A DNA stretch of 20,000 bases from an uncultured virus (IMG/VR IMGVR_UViG_3300027782_000042) (lineage: Duplodnaviria; Heunggongvirae; Uroviricota; Caudoviricetes). A program made the translations under genes and the position numbers. The DNA is taken from IMG/VR virus record IMGVR_UViG_3300027782_000042; one strand, 5' to 3'. Positions 1 through 7,861 of the stretch are shown here, one piece after another. The number at the start of each line of letters is the position of its first letter. Within the stretch, counting starts at the first letter, position 1. The notes beneath the pieces were generated by a model. It did no database searches. It was not told the DNA's origin and worked only from the letters and a program-made list of their open reading frames with translations.

Positions 1-264
1 GGACCCTTTTATTGTCTTACCCTCAACAGGTAAAAAATTTACTTTTAAACCTGCATGTATAATTTCACATGGTACGGATGGGTATGTCCTTGAAGGTATT
101 GATATTGTTTCTTCTGTTATACTTTTTTTTACATTTTTTTCATAAAAAAGAGATAAGAATAACGCATTACTTTGGTTATCAACAGTGACCACATACGGGG
201 CTCCCGTATAGTCAGATAAAGATTTTTCAAAATCTTCGGTTATTTTATAAACACCATTTGCCAT
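1..264 (-). CDS. DegT/DnrJ/EryC1/StrS-family PLP-dependent sugar aminotransferase (5' part, runs off window edge)
   Basis: Not in the ORF track. Manual translation from ATG at 264: MANGVYKITEDFEKSLSDYTGAPYVVTVDNQSNALFLSLFY...ISIPSRTYPSVPCEIIHAGLKVNFLPV. This matches the DegT N-terminal pattern FE..L..Y.G..YAVAV.N.T.AL / IP..TY.SV...I..AG...F. Starts 2 nt after the stop of the upstream gene. Confidence 0.85.
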   Translation of the reverse strand, partial: MANGVYKITEDFEKSLSDYTGAPYVVTVDNQSNALFLSLFYEKNVKKSITEETISIPSRTYPSVPCEIIHAGLKVNFLPVEGKTIKGS

Positions 265-266
265 TT

Positions 267-1781
267 TTAAACTATTATAATTTTGTCTTTTATTTTTTCA
301 ATTACATTTTCATTAATCATAGGAATAAAATTATGATTGTAATCATAAATAAAGTCTTCATCTTTTTTTGGGTCTTCGTTTCTTGTTTTAGATTCATAGT
401 GGTAAGCAACACAATCCCCACAAATATAATTTTTATGGTTACCACATAATAATTTAATATTTAATTCCACATCTTCTAAACAAGAAATGTAATTTTCATT
501 AAACATACCTTGTTTAATAAATGTGGTTTTTCTTACCAATAACAAACCTCCAGTACTTCCAATCACCTCTTTTAAATTATTATGATAGTTATAATAGTTT
601 TTAAAATTAAGATGACCTAAACCAAATGAATTATTCTTTCTATTTAATGTGATAAAAATTCCGTCATGTTGTATGGTATTATCCTCAAAATGTAATCTAC
701 AACCAACGCTACCCGTATTTTTGTGTTCATTAAAAACGTTTAACATTCCGGATATTACATCATTTAAAATTTTAATATCGTTATTACAGAATAGTAAAAA
801 TTCATAATCATCACTAATTTGGTTTTTAACTACATTATTATTTATTTTTGCAAAATTGTAGTAATCATATATAATTAATTTTACATTACCAATAGGTAGT
901 ATTTTATTTTTTATAATCTCTAGTTCATCATTATTTGATCCTGTGTCCGCAATAAATACATCAAAAATATTTGGGTCGCAATTATCATAAAATGATTTTA
1001 CACATTCGTATAACATATTAACATTTCCTTTTGTTGGTATTATAATTGCAATTTTTTTAAACTTTTTAAATTGTTTACGTTTTATTTGTGGAGCATAGAC
1101 TGACTCAGGTTTTAAATCTAAAGGTAATTTATCCCCCCACTTCTCAATAAATTTATTTTTACTCTCCCAAAATTCTTGGTTTGGTTGACCTACAGATTGG
1201 TGAGTAATTTCAAATGAGGTAGTAACACCAATTTTAACATCATCAAGGTAATTTGGAATACAAAATCCGTGATCATAAAAATGGAACTTACCAATTGTTT
1301 CATCAAAGGTATGTTTAATTTTTGTTTTATCAAAAGAAATAAATAAACCATCAATTGTTACAACAGGAATTAAAAAAGGTAATTTAGGTGAATATCTACT
1401 TAACCATTTTTTTTGTCCGTCAGGGTGGTGATAAACTTGACCCACCATAGTCTGACTTAATTTTTCCCAATATACTCCCGACTCAGGAAAGTAACAAGAT
1501 CCTGCCTTTCCTATAATTCCAAATTCAGGATTAGATACGAAATCATTAATTAATTTTTTACCCCAACCCTTTTCTAATTTAATGTCATTGTGACAACAAA
1601 CTATAATATTGTGTTTAGATTCTTTAATACCTTTATTATAAAGTTCGGATAATGAATATTGGTTGTGGTTTATGTACTCCAATATTTGGATGTTATCAAT
1701 ACCTGATGTTTGTAATAAATGTTGTTTAAATTTAGAATTATATTCTAAGTCTTTATGTGTTGAGTATAATATTGTTATCAT
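267..1781 (-). CDS. Two-domain GT2 (GT-A fold) glycosyltransferase: N-terminal Glyco_tranf_2_5-like domain plus C-terminal GT2 domain
   Basis: N domain: YNKGI..SKHNIIVCCHNDI, GIIGKAG, TIDGLF, FHFYD. C domain: IAIIIPTK, FIADTGS, NFAKINN, LLFCNNDI, VGCRL, EDVELNI, AYHYESKTR. Confidence 0.88.
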   Translation of the reverse strand: MITILYSTHKDLEYNSKFKQHLLQTSGIDNIQILEYINHNQYSLSELYNKGIKESKHNIIVCCHNDIKLEKGWGKKLINDFVSNPEFGIIGKAGSCYFPESGVYWEKLSQTMVGQVYHHPDGQKKWLSRYSPKLPFLIPVVTIDGLFISFDKTKIKHTFDETIGKFHFYDHGFCIPNYLDDVKIGVTTSFEITHQSVGQPNQEFWESKNKFIEKWGDKLPLDLKPESVYAPQIKRKQFKKFKKIAIIIPTKGNVNMLYECVKSFYDNCDPNIFDVFIADTGSNNDELEIIKNKILPIGNVKLIIYDYYNFAKINNNVVKNQISDDYEFLLFCNNDIKILNDVISGMLNVFNEHKNTGSVGCRLHFEDNTIQHDGIFITLNRKNNSFGLGHLNFKNYYNYHNNLKEVIGSTGGLLLVRKTTFIKQGMFNENYISCLEDVELNIKLLCGNHKNYICGDCVAYHYESKTRNEDPKKDEDFIYDYNHNFIPMINENVIEKIKDKIIIV

Positions 1782-1799
1782 AGTTTTCTAAATTCATTT

Positions 1800-2402
1800 T
1801 TATATACCAGTACTCCCAAACCCGTTGTCGGATCTATCTTTATTTTCAACCTCAGAAACTTTAACAATGTCAATCCATTTACCACAAACAACAGGACATA
1901 AAACCGCTTGAGCTATTTTCATTCCTTTTGTTACTATAAAGTCTTCTTTATTTGTGTTAAATAATATTACTTTTATTTCTCCTGTATATCCTTGATCAAC
2001 AGTTCCTGGCGAATTTAAAACAAATAACCCTTGGTTTAATGCCAATCCACTTTTAGATCTAATTTGTATTTCATGATTTTCGGGAACATCAATTACAATT
2101 CCTGTTGGGATTAGTTGTCTACCCATAGATGGTATTACAAATTCATCTACAGAATATAAATCCACACCAGAATCTGTGTCATATGCAAATTTAGGTAAAA
2201 CTGCGTCCCCGTGAATTAATTTAATTTTCATTTGAACTTTAGGGACATCTTCGGTAAAAACCCTTTCCAGCTCATTAAGATCAATACCATACTCATTCAT
2301 TAGAGCTTCTAACTCTAAGTCATCATTTACTTCGTTCTCACTAAATAAACTTTCAAGATCTTTAGTTTGTGATAATATTTTATTTAATTGATTTTTATCC
2401 AT
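1800..2402 (-). CDS. dut: Trimeric dUTPase with acidic N-terminal extension
   Basis: All five dUTPase motifs are present: SGVDL, RSKSGLA, SPGTVDQGYTGEIKV, KIAQ, RSDNGFGSTG. Confidence 0.96.
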   Translation of the reverse strand: MDKNQLNKILSQTKDLESLFSENEVNDDLELEALMNEYGIDLNELERVFTEDVPKVQMKIKLIHGDAVLPKFAYDTDSGVDLYSVDEFVIPSMGRQLIPTGIVIDVPENHEIQIRSKSGLALNQGLFVLNSPGTVDQGYTGEIKVILFNTNKEDFIVTKGMKIAQAVLCPVVCGKWIDIVKVSEVENKDRSDNGFGSTGI

Positions 2403-3103
2403 TATTTTAAATCTTTTAATTGTTTTATGAATTCAACTAATACATCAACATCTTTTTCACAATACTCAGCAATTTGGGGTAATTTTTGTTCTACCCAATA
2501 AGCGTGATGTACTTTATCTCCTGTTATTTCTCCGTCTTTAGGTGTTGGTATTCCCATTGTGGAACAAACCAAATCTAAGGAACCTATTGACGTGTAAGAC
2601 CCATATTGCCAAATTTCTTTTGTGTCAATTGCTTTAACCTCCCAAGGCTTCGTATCGTAAGATGGTAATAACTTAGACGGTAAAATTCCGTTTATTATCA
2701 TTCTTTTTGCCAACATAGGAATATCAAAATTCTTTAAGTTATGACCACATAGATAGAAATCTAATTTATGACATCTATCGAGAAGACTTCTCACTTGTGT
2801 TAATAAAACTTTTTCATCATCACCTGAGAATGTTTGTTTTTTTACTTCTCCGTTATCCATAACAAACGCCATAGAAACACAAACAATTTTTGCAAACTCA
2901 GGAACTAATGCTGATCGTTTTTTAAAAACTTCTTCTATTGATAATCCATTATCTTCTGGAAATCTTTTTTGAAACCAATCAAAATATTTCTCAAACTGTT
3001 CTGCAATTTCAGGACTAAATCTTTCGCAAGATTCTAAATCAGGACAACCTCCAACAGTTTCAATGTCAAGGAATAAAATTTTTGTTATAGGTACGTTAAT
3101 CAT
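2402..3103 (-). CDS. Stand-alone PolB-like 3'-5' exonuclease (DEDDy, DNA_pol_B_exo2-like)
   Basis: ExoI FLDIET, ExoII GHNLKNFDIP, ExoIII YCEKDV. TAATG coupling to dut. Confidence 0.88.
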   Translation of the reverse strand: MINVPITKILFLDIETVGGCPDLESCERFSPEIAEQFEKYFDWFQKRFPEDNGLSIEEVFKKRSALVPEFAKIVCVSMAFVMDNGEVKKQTFSGDDEKVLLTQVRSLLDRCHKLDFYLCGHNLKNFDIPMLAKRMIINGILPSKLLPSYDTKPWEVKAIDTKEIWQYGSYTSIGSLDLVCSTMGIPTPKDGEITGDKVHHAYWVEQKLPQIAEYCEKDVDVLVEFIKQLKDLK

Positions 3104-3105
3104 CT

Positions 3106-3747
3106 TTATACTATTTTTCTTATAATAAATTCATTACTACTTTTTAAATCTGGATTATTGGTTTTTTTTATTAAATCATAATTTAAACTACCAATAATTT
3201 CGTATTCATTTTTATCTAAATTATTTACAATATCATTTACCGCAGGATAAACGCCAGGACTATGAACATCATCTAAGTAGTCGTCAAAAACTATGAAACC
3301 TCCAGGTAAAACCAAATCTTTATAGTTTTCAAAGTCTTTTATGACCGCATTATATTTATGGTCACCATCAATAAATAAAATATCAACATTTTTAATTAAA
3401 TCGTAAACTTTTTTAATTGTTTCTTCTGATTTAGAATCCCCCTCAATATAATCATATTCGCAATTGTCATGTTTAAAGTTGTTAACATTTTTTATTGGAA
3501 TTTCTTTTTTTATTGGGTATCCTATGTCGACGCTGATTATTTTTTTAACTTTTTGGTTTTTAGACATTAAAGATGCGGATCCTCCCGCAAAAGTTCCTAT
3601 TTCCATGTATGTGATATTATCTTTATCAATATTCTCACATAAATCATAAAGAATATGAAAATGATTGTGAAAAGTATGTCTTTCCATATTTTTTATAATT
3701 TCATTAACTATGTTTAACGAAATTTCAGTTATATTAATATTTGTCAT
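3106..3747 (-). CDS. Class I SAM-dependent methyltransferase (Methyltransf_24-like, probable glycan O-methyltransferase)
   Basis: Motifs MEIGTFAGGS, ISVDI, GDS, ILFIDGDHKY..V..DF, LPGGFIVFDDY. Confidence 0.88.
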   Translation of the reverse strand: MTNINITEISLNIVNEIIKNMERHTFHNHFHILYDLCENIDKDNITYMEIGTFAGGSASLMSKNQKVKKIISVDIGYPIKKEIPIKNVNNFKHDNCEYDYIEGDSKSEETIKKVYDLIKNVDILFIDGDHKYNAVIKDFENYKDLVLPGGFIVFDDYLDDVHSPGVYPAVNDIVNNLDKNEYEIIGSLNYDLIKKTNNPDLKSSNEFIIRKIV

Positions 3748-3749
3748 TA

Positions 3750-4967
3750 TTATTTAATTAAAGATTTATAAAATTGATATCTTTCGCGAGTAACGTTATT
3801 AAGGTCATATTTGTCTTTTACGGTTTCATAAAGTCTTTCTCCAAGATCAACAATCATACTTGGATTGTCGACCAACTTTTTAATATTTTTTGCCCAATCA
3901 CTATGGTTATTATTTTCGTTAACCAATAAAGCGTTACCATCGGTAAATTTACCTTGATGTAAAGCGTGTTTTAAATCAATCGTGTATGGACCAACATTTG
4001 ATGCAATTAAAGCTTTCTTATAAAATCCTGCCTCAATAACTTTCAATTGAGACTTCATTCTATTAAAGATATGATTTTGAATTGGTGATAACGATATGTC
4101 AAATTTAGAATAATTTTTAGCATATGACGTTACAGGTTTTGTCCATACTCTTACATAGTTCTCGTTATTTAAAGACCCAAAATAGGTTTCATCCGTAAAT
4201 TTATTTAAAAACTCTTTGTATTTTGGTGAAACTATTTTGTAGTTATTAGTAAAAATTTCTTCGTACTTAACCCATACAGTTTCTTCAGGGTTGATTGGTC
4301 TTTGTTTCTTTTCTCCTGTTTGTTTATTTATTTCGGTAACCATACCTCTTGTGTCAAAACCACAAACATAAAATTGTAATTTATCTTGTATTTGGGATAA
4401 TTTGCTAACCGTCCCATCTAATAATTTTAAATCATGTAAGTGAGAGGATCCCCCTAACCAACCTACTCTTATTTTATCTGAAGGTAATGTTTCCTCATTG
4501 TATTGAGGATCCTGTGGGTCTATTGCGTTTGGTAACACAATAACATTTTTATTAAATTTTCTAATCTCATTAGCAAAAATTTCAGTGGTTGTTGTTACGT
4601 ATGAGGCGGCTTTAAGATTTTGAACTATTTTTTCATGTATCTTATTTGCCAAGATAAGTTGTTGTATTGGATGTTCCTTTGTTGGTAACCAATAATCATC
4701 AATATCCCCAACAACAATAATTCCTTCTGATTTTAATTTATTTATTAAAGATAAAGATTTCTCATAATCTTGCCCAATACTTCTATGAAAATGAACAATT
4801 TGGTATTTTTTAAAATAGTTGATGTCATCAACGTTTGGTTGATAATCAATATCAATATGAAATTCTTCAGGGTACATGTTTTGTAATTTAACATGTGGAT
4901 CTATAGATCTATATTTACCAACACCTGATTGATCTGAAGGTAATACTAATACGTTAATTTTTTCCAT
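3750..4967 (-). CDS. GT-B fold glycosyltransferase (GT4-like, phage type)
   Basis: SGVGKYRSIDPH, DIDDYW, VTTTT..FA, VLPNAID, RVGWLGGSSHLHDL, FDISLSPI...FNRMKSQLKVIEAG...LIASNVGPY. Confidence 0.85.
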   Translation of the reverse strand: MEKINVLVLPSDQSGVGKYRSIDPHVKLQNMYPEEFHIDIDYQPNVDDINYFKKYQIVHFHRSIGQDYEKSLSLINKLKSEGIIVVGDIDDYWLPTKEHPIQQLILANKIHEKIVQNLKAASYVTTTTEIFANEIRKFNKNVIVLPNAIDPQDPQYNEETLPSDKIRVGWLGGSSHLHDLKLLDGTVSKLSQIQDKLQFYVCGFDTRGMVTEINKQTGEKKQRPINPEETVWVKYEEIFTNNYKIVSPKYKEFLNKFTDETYFGSLNNENYVRVWTKPVTSYAKNYSKFDISLSPIQNHIFNRMKSQLKVIEAGFYKKALIASNVGPYTIDLKHALHQGKFTDGNALLVNENNNHSDWAKNIKKLVDNPSMIVDLGERLYETVKDKYDLNNVTRERYQFYKSLIK

Positions 4968-4969
4968 AA

Positions 4970-5002
4970 CAAAAATATATCTAAATATTATGGAAATATC
5001 AA
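4970..5002 (-). promoter_or_regulatory. Candidate host-RNAP promoter for the sugar/nucleotide operon, probably giving a leaderless or near-leaderless mRNA
   Basis: Minus strand reads TTGATA (5002-4997), 17 nt, TATATT (4979-4974), 6 nt, ATG. It also contains the Bacteroidota -7 consensus TAnnTTTG (TATTTTTG, 4977-4970). It lies just downstream of a terminator. The AT-rich background weakens significance. Confidence 0.45.
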
Positions 5003-5015
5003 CCTAAAAGACAAT

Positions 5016-5046
5016 AAAAAATCCCCACCTTAAAAGACGAGGATTT
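5016..5046 (-). terminator. Rho-independent terminator ending the 7808->5071 operon
   Basis: Minus-strand RNA AAAUCCUCGUC-UUUUAA-GGUGGGGAUUU followed by U residues. The 11-bp stem is fully paired only with G:U pairs on the minus strand. It starts 24 nt after the stop at 5071. Confidence 0.75.
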
Positions 5047-5070
5047 AAAAATTTTTATTATAGTTTAAAC

Positions 5071-5676
5071 TTATCTTGCAATCTTTTTAACTTTTAAAAG
5101 TTTACCTTCAAAGATATGTTGACCAACTCTAAATTTAAAAATATCATTAGTACTTGATTCTGACTCGGTTAATAATCCATTACTTCTTAAAACATCCTCA
5201 ACTGTCTCTTTCACTATGTTTTTAATGTCATTTGCGGTAAGACCTATCTGAGGTACTTTATTTTGAATTGTTGGACTTTGTTTTTTTGATTCCCCTATGT
5301 TATCTCCTTTGGCATTAATATTCATAAGTCTTGATGCCTTTTCAACTAAGTCATCAGATAATACGGAATTGTTTAAAGGTCCTGATGGTTGTTGTATTGG
5401 GTGTTCAATCATCAATCTTTTAATTTCATCAGGTAATCTAGAATTTAAAATTTTATCTTCCGTATTATCAAATTGGTTTTGTTTTTTTTGTTTTACTGCG
5501 TCTTCAGATAAATATTCTTGAGGTATGTTGTAAGTTCCTTTTACAGGTTCGTACGTATCAACATTTATATTATTATCTAAAGATTCTGTTACTGTGTTTC
5601 TACCCATATTATTATGTTTTTGCATAATTTGTTTTGATATCTGTAGTTTTTGTAATAACGCTTCTTCTGAATTCAT
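5071..5676 (-). CDS. Hypothetical phage protein (~201 aa)
   Basis: The ORF track starts at 5721. ATG at 5676 (MNSEEALL) avoids overlap with the WYL gene and follows an A-rich leader. No family recognised. Confidence 0.7.
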   Translation of the reverse strand: MNSEEALLQKLQISKQIMQKHNNMGRNTVTESLDNNINVDTYEPVKGTYNIPQEYLSEDAVKQKKQNQFDNTEDKILNSRLPDEIKRLMIEHPIQQPSGPLNNSVLSDDLVEKASRLMNINAKGDNIGESKKQSPTIQNKVPQIGLTANDIKNIVKETVEDVLRSNGLLTESESSTNDIFKFRVGQHIFEGKLLKVKKIAR

Positions 5677-5695
5677 ATTATTTAAATTTTTTTTA

Positions 5696-6079
5696 TTAAT
5701 CAAAAATTGCATTAATAACAACTCTTGACATACTTTTATCTCCGTTAGGGTTATAGTTTGGTCTAGGTTCGTTAAATTTCTCCATAGTTGGTTTTAATGC
5801 TATTATTTTATCTACTCTAAATAATCTCCAGCTTGGTAATGGTTTTTTACCTTTATACCCCCTATGTGAAGCTCCTTCCATATCCCATGCTCTTAAGACA
5901 GGGTTTCCGGATTTACTATACCCAAAACAAACAGGTTCAATAATTCTTAAACCTTTTCCTCCCGGTTCATCACCATCATAATAAACAATCACCCTACGCT
6001 TTTTTTTGATTGCGTCGACTATTGAGGATATTGATGCTACCTCAACAATAATGTCTTTAAATGAATTGTAAAGTTTCAT
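5696..6079 (-). CDS. Stand-alone WYL-domain protein
   Basis: AIKKKRRVIVYY...GLRIIEPVCFG......LRAWD.....WRLFRVDKI matches the WYL pattern (AI...+.v.i.Y ... R.ieP ... l.a.. ... R.FRlDrI). No HTH domain. Confidence 0.8.
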   Translation of the reverse strand: MKLYNSFKDIIVEVASISSIVDAIKKKRRVIVYYDGDEPGGKGLRIIEPVCFGYSKSGNPVLRAWDMEGASHRGYKGKKPLPSWRLFRVDKIIALKPTMEKFNEPRPNYNPNGDKSMSRVVINAIFD

Positions 6080-6369
6080 TAGGTTAACGAAGCGTAAGGA
6101 TATGGGTTGTCTGATTTATATTTGTTAATAACAATTTCTGATTTTCTTTCTAATTGGTCGGTTTTTGTTCCGCCATTTACAGTATCTAAGAAAACACCGG
6201 TACCTCTACCTTTATCATCACCATCACTCATTGCATCTTTATTAGTCGATGAATACTCGTTTGTGGTCTTATAATCATTTTTAGGTATTAGTTTTTTTCT
6301 TTCTTGATCTGCATATTTAGACAACAAATTATTTGGTTGACTAAAATCTAAAGGTTCTAAAGTTGGCAT
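6079..6369 (-). CDS. Hypothetical phage protein (96 aa)
   Basis: Clean ORF, TAATG-coupled to the WYL gene, starting 1 nt after the upstream stop. Confidence 0.7.
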   Translation of the reverse strand: MPTLEPLDFSQPNNLLSKYADQERKKLIPKNDYKTTNEYSSTNKDAMSDGDDKGRGTGVFLDTVNGGTKTDQLERKSEIVINKYKSDNPYPYASLT

Positions 6370-6370
6370 A

Positions 6371-6832
6371 TTAAATTATTTTTTTTATTAAATCGTTTAT
6401 CCTAATTAGGGTTTCTTTTATTTTTAAATTGTCTGTCATATCAGACGCATCAAATTCACTTGCTAAAGGTCCCAAGTCTTTAAGAAAATCCTTATCTATT
6501 GGGTCCTCTGGCATGTAATCATTTTTAATGGTCTTTGTAAAATTATCGGTATCTCTCAAACCTTTTATTGTGTTTGTTACCCAATTTCTCATTAAATCAC
6601 CACCATTTAGTATGTACGGGGCATCTTCCTTGTTTCCATTATAATATCTAAACCAATTATCAATTCTTTCTAACTGTTGGAAAGTTGCGTTTTTAGAACT
6701 CCTTAATTCCTCATTTCTTTTATGACCCTCAACAGAAGAATCAGAATTAGGGACTTGTTGAAAACAAATTGTTAAATGATCCAACATTTCTTTTGGTACA
6801 TCAATAATTTTATTATATAAATCTTTATTCAC
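6371..6832 (-). CDS. Hypothetical phage protein, possibly head-associated
   Basis: Overlaps the upstream gene by 8 nt. GHKRNEEL..KNATFQQLERIDNWF...YILNGGDLMRNWV resembles, from recall only, a small phage domain G..RA.QL...lS...ikRm.SfF...wllWGGd.g..W. Confidence 0.65.
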   Translation of the reverse strand: MNKDLYNKIIDVPKEMLDHLTICFQQVPNSDSSVEGHKRNEELRSSKNATFQQLERIDNWFRYYNGNKEDAPYILNGGDLMRNWVTNTIKGLRDTDNFTKTIKNDYMPEDPIDKDFLKDLGPLASEFDASDMTDNLKIKETLIRINDLIKKII

Positions 6833-7808
6833 CTTTTTTTAAGATTTGTATTAATTTATTTAAGTTAATGTCTTCTTTATCTGCAATTGTTTTAATTGAT
6901 TGTAGATTTTTTTTTATAATTCTATAAATAGGCGTCTCATCGTCAGATTTAAGTTTTTCTTTTTTTACAATATCTTCACTATCTGATTTTTTACTTAAAA
7001 CTATTTCATCAATTAAAGTGTCTAACTTATCTTTTTCTAATTCGAACAATCTTCTTTTTGTATAACAATTTTTACATCTACCTCGTTTTTTTTCTTGTTT
7101 TAATTCTAAATCTAATTTTTTATCAAAACCAAAAACTTTACATCTCTCATCTCTTTCTAAAAACTCTTCAACTCCAAGGTTTTTCATCGATTTCATACAT
7201 GCCGGATATGTTTTATCATATTTTGTTTCTTCACCACCAAACGTACCTGTTATATCTTCTTCATCTATTACAGGTTTGTCTTCTTCGGATTCACCATAAT
7301 AAATTCTTGCAAATGGAAATTGACTTACTCTGGACATTCTTGCCGTTTGATCCGTTGTTTTTCTTGGGTGGTGATTTAATTTTAAAATTGGAACATTAGA
7401 TCCAATTGGAGATCCGTCGGACGAAACCAATTCGTCAATTTCACCATCGGTTTTTACTTCTTTATATTTTTCAGGAACTTTACTTGTTAGTTTAATCCCT
7501 AACTTTTGACCAAGTTTAACAATGAATGGTGTTGCAATTGATGATCCAGGGACCAACTGAAAAACAATTAGAGGTATTAATTTTAATATATCTGAAGATT
7601 GATCTTTAATAAATTTTTTCTCTTCTTCATTTAAATCAAAATCTTTATTTTTTAAATAGTCTTTGGTTGTTGAAATAAGTATTTTTACAAGTAATCTTGT
7701 TTCTTTTACTTCGCTAATTGCTAAATCTTTATATTTTTTTAACGCACCCAAAACCGAACCAGTATTTTTTGGTTTGTCTTCACTTAACAAATTATTTGAA
7801 TGTGACAT
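6825..7808 (-). CDS. Protein with N-terminal LETM1-like helix/transmembrane segment and a charged C-terminal region
   Basis: aa ~33-112: EVKETRLLVKIL...DLNEEEKKFIKDQSSDILKLIPLIVFQLVPGSSIATPFIVKL resembles the LETM1 motif (L...E+..+.....D+.+++P...F.++P....+.P.++K). The C-terminal part contains CKNC. Confidence 0.6.
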   Translation of the reverse strand: MSHSNNLLSEDKPKNTGSVLGALKKYKDLAISEVKETRLLVKILISTTKDYLKNKDFDLNEEEKKFIKDQSSDILKLIPLIVFQLVPGSSIATPFIVKLGQKLGIKLTSKVPEKYKEVKTDGEIDELVSSDGSPIGSNVPILKLNHHPRKTTDQTARMSRVSQFPFARIYYGESEEDKPVIDEEDITGTFGGEETKYDKTYPACMKSMKNLGVEEFLERDERCKVFGFDKKLDLELKQEKKRGRCKNCYTKRRLFELEKDKLDTLIDEIVLSKKSDSEDIVKKEKLKSDDETPIYRIIKKNLQSIKTIADKEDINLNKLIQILKKGE

Positions 7809-7821
7809 ATACAGTTTTTAA

Positions 7822-7849
7822 TATAAATACTTTGATCTGTTGTATTTAT
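7822..7849. promoter_or_regulatory. Back-to-back TATTTAT motifs (divergent putative late promoters) forming an 8-bp inverted repeat
   Basis: ATAAATAC (7823-7830), 11 nt, GTATTTAT (7842-7849). Each TATTTAT copy points toward an ATG 12-14 nt away (7808 on minus, 7862 on plus). Confidence 0.7.
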
Positions 7850-7861
7850 TAAATAAAAAGA

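Noticed and set aside
5677..5721. Longer N-terminus for the 216-aa ORF
   Set aside because: It overlaps the WYL gene end and translates an A/T-rich spacer. ATG 5676 is the more plausible start.
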